NCBI GenBank assembly: GCA_013265495.1 | Contig: MU058636.1 | Coordinates: 7,456,295 to 7,520,294 of the forward strand | Source: Vicugna vicugna | Lineage: Eukaryota | DNA length: 64,000 nt | Direction: 5' to 3' | Part shown: positions 13,250 through 26,797 of the stretch, piece by piece | How positions within the stretch are numbered: the first letter of the stretch is position 1 | Layout: each line of letters opens with the position of its first letter | Translations under genes and position numbers: made by a program | Notes under the pieces: generated by a model | Database searches by the model: none | What the model was told of the DNA's origin: nothing | What the model saw: the letters and a program-made list of their open reading frames with translations, nothing else

Positions 13250-13490
13250 TAACAATTTTTCCAAAACTGTATTTTGGAAAATTTCAAACACACAGTGAAG
13301 ATGAAAGAATTTTTACAGTGAACAGCCGTAAACTCAACACCAAGTTTCTGCCACTGGAATTTTACCATGCTTGACTCATGAATATCTATCCACCTATCCT
13401 TTACTCTGTCTGTCCAAGATCCATCTTCTTTTTTGATGTATTTCAAAGTCAACTGCAGACAGCAGTATAAGTACTTTCGTATACATATAC
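13250..13490 (-). mobile_element. Old L1M (MC/ME-type) 3' end fragment
   Basis: attttggaaaatttcaaacacacagtgaagatgaaagaatttttacagtgaaca...tttcaaagtcaactgcagaca. Confidence 0.75.
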
Positions 13491-16400
13491 ATGTTTTAAG
13501 AAAAAAATTTTAAAGAAATTTTAAAAATCAACCAAATCAATGAACAAAATACAAGTTAAGAACTCAAGAAAACTTCTCAGTGAAAATTTGATTTTGCCTA
13601 TTTCAGTTTTAAAATTTTCCCATCAAATACATGTGCCTCAGAGCCAAGTTCGGTGCTCAAAAACGGAGCCCAGTAAATGTATATTAAATAAAGTAAATGG
13701 AAATTTCAACTTTCTAGGTTAATTTATGGCCCAATATAAAAGAGATGACTAGCTTTCATTTTGCAGTGTGGCCTTTTAAAGTAAACTCTAAGTGTATAAT
13801 TAAATAATAAGATTCCTTAAGCATTATTATAAAAATCTACATGTTGGTTTGAAGTTATCAAAACTGGTTGGGATGAAAATTTACTCTTTTTTTCCAGTGA
13901 TTTTGCCTCCTTGCCTGGTAAGCTTGCAGAAGCAAACACATACTTTTTTTGTGGCCTAACATTTAGCCAGAAACATAGGACTAACCTGAATGTCACAATG
14001 CAAATTGCTAAGTAATTTTAATAGCACTTTATGGTTCTCTAATCATTCAACAGCATCTAAATTAATGCAAATTATAACGTATGCAGCCAGAGTGCTTGAA
14101 CGGTGATAATTTTATGACTGTGGTTTAACAGACAATGCTAAATCTAGCACATTCCTTAAAATACTTCCATGACTTTGTGGCACTGCCCAGAGCCATAAAT
14201 CACATCCTCAAAGAAGCCAAAAAGCACATCAGTAGTTTGAAACTTCATTAACCCTTTGCTCCGAACCGTGATGGCTGTGCCAGCACAGAGCACCTGAAAA
14301 ACACGTGACGGCAGAGTTACTCCTCTGGTAAGTGGGACATTTCTACAAAGTGGTTGCATCAAATTTTCTTAACAGAGAAATCCAACACTCTCAGCCCTCA
14401 GGGGAATGTGTGATGACCCCATTTTTTTCAATGTAATGATTTTTCATTTCCTATTTTTAGTAACTCCTGACTTAGAATATATGAAATAACTAACTTCAGG
14501 GAGAAGCACTGGGACTTATGAGACCAGACCATCAGAAAGAAATCGAAATTGAAAATTCCAAACCCACAAATATGATACAAAAAAAGCCAGCAATGCTGGT
14601 TAAGTTACTCAGGCAAAAATAAAGTTTCCATGTATGAAAATCAGCTGTCGGACCAAAAAGGCAGCTGTATCTACCTCCGGACGGGGCTGCCAGAACCACA
14701 GACATTTTTGCATGGGCAGCTAAGCTCCACGCCCCATTGCTAAACTCAGGTTTTTCTGTGGCTAAATATTCCATGGTTGCTGAGATGGAGCCAACTGATA
14801 TATTCAGCACTGACTATGGGCTAAAACTGGAAACCATGAACCAGAGAAGAAGCATTTACTGATAAAGTTCTTGAAAATATTTTCCATTTTAGTCCAAGAA
14901 CAACAAAAAAAATTATAAAAATATTTTTTACATTGCTTGGGGAATCAACAACTATTACTTATCTTCCTATGTACTTGAAGACAATGTTATTTTGCTTTAG
15001 GTGGAGTAATTCTGTTTATGTTCCCCTTTGCAAGTTTCTGGAATATAGATTACTTCTCGACTATCTGATCTCTGAACATTGCCCTGGTGATAAAGACTGG
15101 ATATTCTCAGGCTTGTGTTTCCCTCACAGTATGGGGTTCTTCATCCAGAAGAGCCGCTTGGCAGAACGTCTCACCCAACTCAATAATAATTACCAGGGTA
15201 TTCATAGACTGAAAACAAATGATGTCTCACATTCAGTTCAACGGTGTGCAAGCACAAGACACTCGAAGTCGCACTAAGTTGGGAAATAGGAGACTTGAGT
15301 TTAAGCTTAACTGGGAATGAGCTGTGTGCTCTTGAGAAAGTCAGTTTCTCTCTTTCCTTGTCTGAGATGGTCAAATGCCCTCACAGTGTTTCAAGTGTAC
15401 AACTGTATTATTCTTGAGCGTTTGTAAGCCGGGGGTCACAGTACCTGCGGGCAATCACTTCAAAGTTCTCAGGACTCAATTCTCTGCCTCCTTCCGCTGC
15501 GGCAATAGCCCTGGCTTTAAAATCTATTCAGTAGGATCACTGGGCTGGAAGTGGAGGGGGGCTGGGAGCAGTTTCACGTATTATTTCTTATCTAGAGTTA
15601 TTTACTCTGTCTCCTCTTACCTCATCTGTTTCTTTCCTCTCCCTTTAAACTCTATCTCAAAACTATCATGCACTTTCCATCTTATCCTCCTGCGCACCAC
15701 TTTCCAAAGACAATGGCAAGCTAAGAAAATGAAACAAAGCACTGCAGGAAAAGGAAGCCGTTGTTGTCTGGCCTGGCTGATTACAAGATGCCCGCCTGAA
15801 GGGACTGCGTATTATTGTAGATTGTTTTGTACTGCACCTGACCATTACAGCCAAGTACGGTTGCTTAAGAAACATGAGTATATTCTGATTATATTCTCAG
15901 AATATGCCAATCCATCTCCAAACCCCAAGGACCTGACAGAGTAAATGCATATCTGAAACCATCTATCAACCTTTCAGGAGACATTTAATGCACTGTGAGG
16001 ATCTGGTTGTTACTAAATCGCTTCCAATAAAGTATTATTTTCTAAAATAAACTTTCCAATTCTTTGTCCCTTCTACTTTTTAATGCTCCAAATCCTCCAA
16101 CATAGCTCCCTGGTTGTCCCATTTCATCTAACAGAACTCTGTGCCAATAACTATTTAGAAAATTAAATGAAAATTCTTATTTTCCTATCTTAATCATCTA
16201 TTAACCATCTATTGTGTGTGTGTGTAACAGATTTCACTTCGTGAAAATTGTATCTAAATATGGCCAAAAAAAGTCTGCTAAATTATTCAGTTTTATAATT
16301 TATTTCATTTTCTTTAAAATCCTATTTATGGTTTTTAAAAAGTATTTTTCAAAAAATATATTAGTCTTTACCCGTTCGAAACTGGTTGAGGAAAGATAAC

Positions 16401-16505
16401 AAAAGTGGCAATAATGACAGGGTTTTCATGGTGAAAATAAAAAATAATCAGTCTGACATATTATGCTTGACTTAAAAATCACCTAATAAAAATAGGACTT
16501 ACTAG

Positions 16506-16722
16506 CATTGGAGAGCTGGTAAATGTTTAACAACTGGCTTTCAGAGTGGGGACTGTGGAAAAGTCCTGATTTGTAATGACTGCTGATTTCTATGGTGTAA
16601 ATACTCCCACCATGACATCTATAGCCAATTTCAAGCTACCAACTGTTTAACAATTGACTCAGAAAATTTTTGAAATTTTAACAATCAGCTTTCTGGTACA
16701 AGCCAGCTCCAGCACATAATTG
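16506..16722. mobile_element. MER63-like hAT DNA transposon
   Basis: gctggtaaatgtttaacaactggc...ggtgtaaatactcccaccatg...tttcaagctaccaac...agccagctccagcaca. Confidence 0.85.
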
Positions 16723-18944
16723 GGACTTACTTTCATTTTATAACTGAATAAAAATTTACCATATATCTGGTGTCATCATTAGAATCTTTTGGCCCACTAA
16801 TAGTTGATTCTTTAATAATCTCTTTTAAATAATTAAATCTGTATAACAGAGAAAAACAGGATTTCTTAGTCAACCTCAAATACCTTGATACACTAAAAAA
16901 CTATTTGAGAGCAGATATGAGTTAAATAATCACATCAGTGAATAGAAGTTTTAACACAAGCACAGCATACAAGTCCGATGTTCACTGGTGGATATTACAA
17001 TTTTGATGGACTTAAATACCAACAATGATGTAGCAGAAATTAAATTCAATGGTGAGAATCAGGAAAAATTGATTTTAATTTTAACACTGCTTCTAACCCA
17101 TTGACCACTGACTTACCAGCCTCAGAAGATGACAAAATAATAATCTGGTTCACAACCTTTAAGAATCCCAATGCCAATCCCTTTATCGGCCATGAAATCT
17201 ACCCATTTAGGCAGTCTTGACTTGTGAGGATTAGACCGCATTATTTCATTTGTTTTCCAAATGTGCTTTCCCTTTCCATCCAAGGATTAAGCTAATCCCT
17301 TCCTCCATTATGTATGAGGTTTGAGTGTTCCTTCAAATTATGAGATTAGCACTGGTGCACACCATCTTGACCAGCGTCCCTTGTGATTAAACTGATTCAG
17401 TTCATTTCTAGCTTTACTGAGTGTCTTCTGCCTGTCAGGGGCCATGTCAGGCCCTAAGGATTCAAAGATGACTGGGGACCGATATCCTGCTCTCTGGCAG
17501 TCTAACGGATCATGTAAGAGCCAGTACGATCACATAAGAAACATAAAAAGTTAAATCTCCAGACTTGGCACAGTGACATTTCACAAGTCATCCACAACCA
17601 CAATACTGCAGTCAACTCGGGATGATGCTATAGCGACAAACAAATTTCACTCCACCCATAACACGAAAGTAAAGCTATTTCCTTCCATATTCTTTACTAC
17701 AAAATAAATACATAAATATTTAGAAAATGGAGACAAGATAATATCCTCTCCTTATACACTAATCCTTCCAGCCCATGTTTACATCATCTTTGAGAATTCA
17801 CTTTTGCCTGTCTGGTCATCAAGGTCTCCGGAGAATCTTCAGTTCTTCAACACACCAGAAAGAAAAGCACCAATGAGCCCTCAATGGCCAAACTCTCCAA
17901 TCATCCCATTTGAATAATAGCTTCAGATCATCTCACTGCTCAACCACATTCACACCTTCGGGTAGCAAAGGATAGTTTCCCTTTATGGACAAGTTAATGT
18001 TTATTCTTTAACAACATATACCTACATTTGTTTCTCTTGATTCCTGCCAGTATAGGTGATAAAAAGCCTTTATATTGTCTATAAATCTCCATCCATCCCC
18101 AATACCATGCGCACTCATTTGTTGATAATCATGAATTTTTTGAAATTCACTTTTCTTTTAATTCTATTCACACATTCACTAAATCTCATCCGGCACATGA
18201 CACTGGTTTTTTCCTCTGAAATTACTCAGATTTAAGCAGAAGAAAAGTTGCCTGCTTTATAGAAGTGGAAAACCAAGTAATGTTGAGAATGAACAACACT
18301 AAGTTACTGTTCACCTTCACCTTTCTTGAGGCTAAGAGTACAATGCCCCTATTTTCTCAAAAGCAGCTTTCTGAATTTCAGTACTTTCCTTATTAAGTGA
18401 TAGCCATCTAGAGAGCTATGCTTACTGATTAATAAAAAGAGAACCTTAGAAGGGAATTAATCTGTTCAAAAAGAGGCTCCATCCTATGTAAGAGGGAAAG
18501 GACCTTTACTGAAAGGTCCATTGCCTCCATAGAATTAAAGGTTGACATTCTCAGGAAGCCTGACCCTCCTAGGTGACTTAAAATACAATTCCACCTGCTA
18601 CTCCATTCCTATCACTTTTCAGATAGCCAGTGTAACTGCCCCTTGATTTTTAAAATATCCCCCCACCGTCCACAGGCTTTGAAATGCTTCCATTTTTTGA
18701 ATGTCTTTGCTTGCTCTGAGAACAGAACTGTCCTCTTCAAAAGGCATCACTATTATCAGCGGCAAAACATCATCATCATCCTATAGGGAGTCAAGGATGA
18801 AATTGTTTTAGGAGCCAAATAGTGAGGGTAACATTTGGAAAGGAAAGGCAGTATTTCTGGGTCACTCAGAAGGGTACAGCTAGCAAAAAAAGAGCCAAAC
18901 ACTTGAGTATCAGTGAAATACAAAAGGCCAACCTCAGATTTATT

Positions 18945-19150
18945 TTTCATTCATCCTATGAAAATTCAGTGGACCCCAACTAAGACTCTAGGTCAGGTAC
19001 TGGGAATAGGAATTTAAATAAGACATGGATTTTACTCTTAAGGGGTACACAGTTTCCTAGAAAGACAGACATGTAAACCAATACTAAAATAAAAGGAGAG
19101 GAGTGTAAGAGATATATTCAAAATGCTGTGGAATTCAAAATACAAAGGAA
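18945..19150 (-). mobile_element. L2 LINE 3' fragment
   Basis: ttcattcatcc...ctaggtcaggtactgggaatagg...aataagacatgg pattern of reversed L2 3' ends. Confidence 0.55.
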
Positions 19151-19889
19151 TTGAAGCTCTACCCTAAAGGATGGAAAGGAAACTGTACCTTCAGGCTCAG
19201 AATACGCTGCTCAATATTGTGTGACTGATGGGTAAATTACATGCACATGAAGTCACGGAATCCATACTGTGGAAGGGACTTCCTTAAACCCTTTGTCAAA
19301 CCACACCACATTCCCCACACCCGATTCTGCACTTGAACCTGCTGCCAACCTTCTGCTAAGTAATCACCCAGCCTGAGTCCTGTGATTGAACTTATTTGGG
19401 AAGAGGGTGCTTGCTATCTTTGGGACAGTCACTGCCTTTGGAAAACTCCATTTGTTTTCCTTTATATTTAGTCCAAATAAATCTCTTCCTTTAGTTTCTA
19501 CCAATTGGCACCAGTTATTTCCTTCAAATTCTGTTAGCGTGTGTGTCCCAATTGCCCAAGGTGCATTGCTAAGTAAACCGGTATCAGAAGGAGAGCTGGA
19601 TTTCAGGGTATGTGGTCTCTTCACATACAGTGAAATACAGTGCACGTTTATTGAGTGTCTGCGAAATTAAAGGGGCTGTGCAAGGTTCTAAGAAGCTATC
19701 AGCAAAAGAGAAAGGCTCTGTCCCCAACGAATTCACAGTCTAGTGGAGAACAAACATGTACAATAAGAGGCAGAACAGGATCATCATCACAAAGGATAAG
19801 TGAAGCAGAATTAAGGTCCAGCAACTGGGAAGATCCCATTCCTCTTGGCAAACCTGGAAAGAGCAACGTGAGACACAAAACTAACCCAT

Positions 19890-20200
19890 AAAATCAACCA
19901 ATAGTTATTTACCATCTACTAGGTGCCAAGTACTGTTAGGGGGTGGCGGCTGAGGCTGTACTGGAATATAAAACATTCAAAGACTATACTTTCAAGGAGC
20001 TTAGATTCTAGAAGGGGAAGACAGACCATAAACAAGAAAATATATCATGGAGTGATACTGATAAAGAGGGTGACATTGCTGGGCAGAGGCAGGCTTCTAT
20101 TTTAGATAAGAGAAAGGCCTGACTAACAAGGGGGCACAGATCTCAAGGAAGCCAATAGGGAGGCTATGAGGCTATCTAGAGGAAAAGATGGGTCTTGAAT
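19890..20200 (-). mobile_element. L2 LINE 3' fragment
   Basis: tcaaccaatagttatttaccatctactaggtgccaagtactgttagg...ttcaaggagcttagattctagaaggggaagacaga. Confidence 0.75.
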
Positions 20201-20344
20201 ATGAGATTAGGTTTTACCTGGAGACATAGAAAGAAAAGCATACATGAGGCATAAAGCAAGGAAATCACACGCTACAAAGGAAAATGGCATGTGCCGCAGT
20301 TCGGGGTAACACACGATAAATGTAAGGCTCATGGAAATAAGCAT

Positions 20345-20580
20345 AGAAATAACTGGGGAGCAATTCTCCATGACATTTCTACTCATCTGGAACAGCATTT
20401 GCTCTAAACTGTCTTTACTAAGATGTATGTATAGCAAGACAGCCTTGGAAGATAAAGGTAATGTCTCTTATGGGGTAAAGGGCAGATGTATTTCATGATC
20501 CAGATAAAAATTTATTCTCTTTCTCTGGGGCAAAGAATATGGTAGCAGCCCTCTTATAAGACTCGGGGTAAACAGCATAA
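20345..20580 (+). mobile_element. Old ERV LTR fragment (MER90-like)
   Basis: tatagcaagacagccttggaagataaaggtaatgtctc...aaagggcag resembles ERV1 LTRs of this group. Family uncertain. Confidence 0.5.
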
Positions 20581-20847
20581 AATCTCAGAATCTCACAGCA
20601 CAGCTGGGTCCTTATCATAGTGAGAGCTGACACTGAGCTGAGAAACTTTCAGCCACCTTGGGAGAGGGCAGTGGGAAGTCAGTGATTGGTTTTAAGCAGA
20701 GCAATGTTTGGTCAGATAAAATTATCATGGTGGTTTAGGATCAACTAGAGGAGAAAATGGTGACAGGAGGCTGTGAAAACTCACACTTTCTGGGCAGGTA
20801 CTTCAATACGTGATTTCATTTAATCCTCTCAAGAGACTGTCTTTTTA

Positions 20848-21170
20848 TTTATTCATTCATTCAACATGTAAGTACTGTGCCCCTACTGTCTTCCAAGAAT
20901 TCTTTAGGCTCTGAGATTCAACCATGAACAAAATCACAGGCAATATTCCTATGTCCATGGAACTCACATTCTAGGGAAGGGGTACAGACAGGCAACCAAC
21001 CAAAGAAACAAAGAGTTGATAGAATGTTAGATGGTCATAAATGTTTTAAAGAAAAATAAAGCAAGGTAAAAGGACAGAGTGATATGGATGCTACTTCAGA
21101 CAGGGTAGTCACGGAAAACCTCTTTGTAGAGGCGGATGTGAACAGAGACTTGAAGAACAAATGAACTGAA
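20848..21170 (-). mobile_element. L2 LINE 3' end, flanked by MIR and further L2 remnants (about 20620-21620)
   Basis: attcattcattcaaca terminus; catggaactcacattctagggaagggg; ttcagacagggtagtcacggaaaacctctttg. Confidence 0.8.
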
Positions 21171-22573
21171 CATGAATACTATAATTCTGTCTATTTAAGA
21201 GATAAGGACACTGAAGCTAGAGAGACTGTCTTACTGAGGTCTTCTTACTAATGAGTAGTGGGGTGGAGACATGGACCCAGGAATCTGATTGCAGCCCCAG
21301 CATTCCTACTGGTTTGGGGACCCAGTGAGAGGCTGCTCATCTCTGTAAGAGGTAATAAGGGCCAGGACCATGGGGAAGGCATTACGAATTAGGAGATGGA
21401 GCAGATACGAAAGACAGTGAGAAACAGATTTCACAGAACTGGCCACTGGGTTCACTTGAAAGGCACAGAAAGAGCGAGGTTAGAAAGAAATCGAACCCTC
21501 TGAGCTTGAATGGCCAGGAAAACAACCATTCAGAAACAGGGCCTCAAGGAGGATAGGAGGGGCCAGGCCGGAGGGAGGATGGGTAAATGCAGACATAATA
21601 ATTCGGTTTCTGCACAGCGAGCTTGATGCATTAGCAGAATCGGCTTTGAAATTTCACCTCAGATTTGAGATATCACAGACTCTGCGCCTCTGCCCTCTCC
21701 TGCTACTTCTATTACCTTCAAACTCTAGTTGTACCCGTTTCTGGACATTTTTAGAAAACCAGCACAAGAAAATTAACTGCTGGTTGGTCCTAATCAGCCC
21801 ACTTTCTTTCTTTTAATTAACTGAAGCGTGAACTCAATGTCTATTTTTTTCCTTAACAGATTTTACATTTTTCTTTCTTGTTTGAACAAAATAATAAGTG
21901 AGGAAAGCCCATAATTTTCCCAGTGCTTCTTTCTCAGTGGGTTTCTGAAGAATACCAATGCACTGGTGTTCAATTTATCTTCCCTACTTATATTAGGTAT
22001 CACAAATTCAGACACCACACTCTCATAAATCTATGTCACATTGTATCCCTTTGTGTCAACTGTAAGGACTACCTAACTTCATCCTAACTTCTTCAGAGCT
22101 TGCCAGACCACACTGGGGTTAAGGTCGGGTATAAGGTCTTTTATTTCTATTTTAAAACAGTTCTGGTTTCTTGCAGAATTTTTAAAATATGGAATGTTAA
22201 AAATATAAGGTATGAACTTTCAAATATTAACTATTAAATAGGTAATAAAGTTATATCATTCAAACATCAAAATGTTCTCAAAAGTATAAAATATAAGTAT
22301 GTGTATATATGCTTACACATATGTATATGTATGTAAGCATACCTGTGTGCATGTGTTCTCTTTTTCTACATAAATGGCAGCATATTATCCTTCGATTCTT
22401 GAGGCTCAAAACATGATACTTTAGAACCACTTCCATGGGCTCATCTTTTCTAGGTAGACACATGCACTCATATGTGTGCGTACACACACACACTTGGACA
22501 GAGACATACGTGTGAAATACGGTCAATGTTTAAAATTTTAATATTGTTTTAAAGTAGTTTTCTCTTGTTATCT

Positions 22574-22596
22574 TTCATCATCATCATCATCATCAC
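22574..22596. repeat. (CAT)n microsatellite
   Basis: tcatcatcatcatcatcatca. Confidence 0.9.
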
Positions 22597-23274
22597 GCTG
22601 CAAACCACGTTCGGTGGGTCTGCCAAATGAATCTGTCTTTTCTTGTAGCAACATAAATCAGAACCATGGACAGCATCAGGAATCTTCCCACCCCTTTTCC
22701 TTCACATCAAAAGGATTTACTCTTTGAAACAAGTAACTTCACTCCAATCTCTACTTTCCTAAAAAAGAAAACAAAACAAAAACCCTGTGGAATAGGCACA
22801 GGTAAAGTTAAAGATGCTCCAAAGGGCTGAATCCCAACAAATCCTGACAATATTGGCAATATGTATGCATCCTGTACACACCGCAAATGAGCAATATTTA
22901 AGGCACACATCAGTTATTAAGTCAGGTTGGTAAGTAAGGAATAGAAATTCCACTGTGAAGCCCATGGGACAGGGAAAATGAGCTGCAATATTTTGTGCTT
23001 TAAAGAGATCTAAATCTTTGCTCAAGCCTTGCTTCATGTGATGCACCCATGAAAAATTATTTGTACTTTTAGCTTGAGCAGAATTCCGATGAAGACCAGA
23101 TTCAAGATATTGAACTCATGGAATGAACTAGAGTCATGCTCTTAAGCCAGCATGAGCTTTTAGTTTGCAGAATAAGGTACAGGGGAAGAGGGCTTTCAAA
23201 GCTCTATATTCAGGGCGAGCTTGTCTTTCTTCCTATGTCACCTGGCTTTGAGAAGGGTTTAAAGAGTCAGCCAG

Positions 23275-23620
23275 TCATAAATACCTACTTCTGAAGTGTG
23301 ATAAAATGCATAATATGGTTTCTGTCCTTCAGGTGCTTATAGATTTGGGGGGCAGAGGGGGCAAGACAAGCTATATATAAATAGTAATTTTATTTCAGCC
23401 TTGTGTCTAGACATATCCTAAACAATAAGAGCAAACATCAAGAGAATAGGACAGTTCATAAATGATCTAAAAAGCATTCAGAAGAGAGGATATCTGTGGG
23501 CTGGTCGTACTGGGAAACTTAATGGGGCAGATGGGATTTGAACCAGCTTTTAAAAGAAGAGTGGACAAGCACACATGGGGTGGAGCATCTCTGTTGAAGG
23601 GAATAGGGTCCAATTTCCTT
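23275..23620 (-). mobile_element. L2 fragment
   Basis: tatggtttctgtccttcaggtgcttataga...gggatttgaaccagcttttaaaaga. Confidence 0.55.
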
Positions 23621-25277
23621 TCACCGAACAGAGCTAAACTCCTTGTAATACTGGCTACAAGTGTCTGAGCCAGGACAGGATTCTGGGAGCCTGGATGCAC
23701 TGAGAAAGGGAACTTTTCCCAGAGTAACCAAGGGCAGGGCTATGTGAAGAACAAGAATGAATTTTAGCAGGAGACGAAACCAGGGATCAGTGCCAAAGGC
23801 AGCATCAAACTGAGGGCTGAGAGGAAGATATAACCAGAAGGCAAATTAAGAAATGTGAAGCTACCACCCAAAATTAGTCTGGGGTGAAGCATTAACTGAG
23901 GAAGGGCGAAGCAATTCTAGACATAAGCTGAGAACAAGATGAGAACGTTAGCGGTCTATGGGTATAAGAAATGCCTAAATGGAGTTTGGCAGCCAGGAGA
24001 GACTTACTAAGAGCATAAAATTAGTCAGAGATTTTAGTACTTGAGTGGCTATTTGGAGAAAAGGAAGAAGCAAGAATCATTTCAAGGACTTGAGGCTTAA
24101 AAGAGTGAGAGCCCCACTGACAGAGAAGACTATGGAGAGAAGCTGATTGAGACTCTGATTTTGTTTGTGTTGAACTTGACCTTCAGGCCAACATCTAATT
24201 CAGTCAATCCAAGATACACGGCTATAACTCCCTAGATAGATCAGAAATGAGGTCCAGTCTCCCTTATTTTTCTCAGGAATAGGTTATTCATGGTGCGGAA
24301 GCCTATTCAATTTCTCAGTTGGCGCCCGTGGCCAAAGGGGGTTATGAGGTAATATTTGATTCCACTACTTTTTAAAAAAAATTTCTATCCCCAAAACCCT
24401 GCCTTCATAGGAAGACCGCCCTGTGGATTTAGAATTGTTGAACTGACCTCTCCAAATTAGATGGCAAATCACATTTTACAAAACCCATCATTAAACTCTA
24501 TCAGTCATGGAAGTATGGCCATGCATCTTCACCTGCTAGTGGGTAACCAAATAAAATTAGGGGCTACACACCCTGCATGATGCCACTGTATGCCTGGGCT
24601 CTTGTGTACAGAAGTATTCTCTGGGTCAGATGACCATGAAAGCTGGGAAGCCCCCAACCCTCTCTCCCTACAGCATTGCACCTCTTTCTCATCCACTCTC
24701 CCTTCACACAGTTAATACAAACACACACTTTATTCCTGCACAGAGAAATCTTAATGTTAGAAACTTGGCATTTAAAGAATACCTTTCTCCCAAGAAGCCA
24801 AGAGCAGTTTATAAGCTAGCCTTCTGTGAAACCATCACAGAGGGCCTGGAAATAAAATCAAGCTCTTCGTCCCCCTAGGCAACTGTTTTCTCCATGAGAC
24901 CCCAGTGGCCAGCTGCCAGCTTCAGGGGAAAGAAATCGAAACACACAAAATAACCACTCCTTTTTTTTTTTTAAGAACCACTCATTTTTGTTTGCAGGAT
25001 TTAACTCTAGAATACAGAGAGCTTGATAAGGAGCAAGAGCTTGAATAGGAAGAACTAAAGGTGGGTTCTGACGTGTTAACCAGGGTAATCCTTAACTCCA
25101 CTCCCCACAGGTCATGGTTTAATAGATGGATGGCAAGGAGTTGGAATAAAGAGGAAACTATCTTGCTTCCATTGTTCTAGCCCAGTCTCCCATTCTGAAT
25201 TTTAGAATACCACACAGCCTGAAGAAGTACTCCACATTCATACATAATGTTCTCCATAATAAAGATGACTTAAAATT

Positions 25278-25483
25278 TGAGGGTAGGGGGTTAAGAGGTA
25301 CAAATTGCTGTGTATAAAATAAATAAGCCACAAGGATAGATTGTACAGCACAGGGAATGTAGCCAATATTTTGTAATAACTATAAATGGAGTACAACCTT
25401 TAGAAATTGTGAATCACTATGTTGTATACCTGAAACTTCTAGAATACTGTAAATCAAATATACCTCAATAAAAATTTTTTAAA
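25278..25483 (+). mobile_element. 5'-truncated L1 3' UTR
   Basis: ttgtacagcacagggaatgtagccaatattttgtaataac...tcactatgttgtatacctgaaac...tacctcaataaaa. Confidence 0.9.
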
Positions 25484-26758
25484 TTCTCTCTAGAGGTAGA
25501 ATAACAATGTTTGATTCACATGAGGTATCTGTACATTAACATATGTTTGGTGTATTTCATTTTTTTAATATAATAAAAAGCCAGTTAATCAACAATGCAT
25601 TCAACCATTTATTATTCACTCCGTATCAGTTAACTTTGTCACAGCCCCACAGTTGATCAGCTGCCTTTTGAATGTCAAATTCCCACTTTCAGTGGTACAA
25701 TGACTGGAAAATAGATTTTTTCCTCTTATATCATCCTCATGATCAGAACAGCTAATCACTGCAACCTTCTTGAATATGCAAATGTAGATTTCTAGATGCC
25801 CATCAAAGCAGAACACTCCCTACTTCACTTGCCTGAGATACACGTAATCATTAACTGTGAATTACATGCTACTACTGGCGTGTGTGTGTGTGTGTTGACT
25901 GGCACAGATTTCTAAAAATCATACTAGCTTATATTTAAGTGTACATTCAGCAAGTACACGGAGCAACAAAATAACCAATAAAAGAGAGATTAAACGAGAT
26001 GTCTGGTTTAAAACTAGATCACAATAAACATTTCTCCCCAGGACAAAATTAGTAACGTAAACTGGTAAAAACAGGATGTCACTCAAAGAAGTAGGCATCT
26101 GTAGCCACAGCTCCGGCAACCAAGAAGACAGGGAGGAAGATACACAGAGCACTTACCCTGTGGCCCAAAACACCAGGATGCAGTGACTGCAAGAACTGGC
26201 AGAAATGGTTCACAGGCTAGATGAGGAAGCAACCATTAAGTCAGCTGTGATGAATGCAACATCTGCTTAGCAATGAAGCATATAAAACTGTCCAAGGACA
26301 CACGGGGGAGGAAGCATGTGGGATTGATTATAACACAATCAGCATTTCAGATAAGAAATCTTTCCGAAGATGAAGAGAGAGCCTGCAAGGGTGGGAATGG
26401 TGGGGGTGCTGATGGAGGCAATGTGAGGCGACAAGGCTAGAGAGAATTCTTAAAACTGAGGTTACCAGTACATACCAACGGCAAATCCAGAGCAGTGGAG
26501 GACTAACTAATCCCACCCTGACTTTCTTAAACGAGAACCAAAGTCTCTTCTCATCTACGGCCAGCTGCAAGAGCCAATCTAGAAGTAAGTCCTAGCACAT
26601 TAAAAAAATACAAGTATCTTATTAGACATGTCTTTTTGTCACAAGTCAAGAGACATCCAAAGACAAAGGCTTACTCTCTTGGATAGGGAGCTGTTCACAC
26701 CGCATATGTCTTCACACCTGGTAACTGAGAGAGCACTAAAACTATAACCAAACATTTT

Positions 26759-26797
26759 TTCTTTTTTTTTTAAAGACTCTCTTCCATTATAGTTTAT
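26759..26797 (-). mobile_element. Ultra-short L1-derived retro-insertion with poly(A) and TSD
   Basis: Flanked by tataaccaaacatttt (26743-26758) and tataaccaaaacatttt (26798-26814). T-run at the left end; the insert cttccattatagtttat resembles L1 3'UTR at about 34150-34168. Confidence 0.7.

Noticed and set aside
15375..15944. Longest ORF in the track (189 aa, + strand)
   Set aside because: No recognisable domain, composition typical of random non-coding translation, and no supporting gene structure.
22721..22790. Strong minus-strand acceptor (ttttgttttgttttcttttttag)
   Set aside because: The tract is a simple repeat, only a weak donor follows, and all frames stop shortly after.
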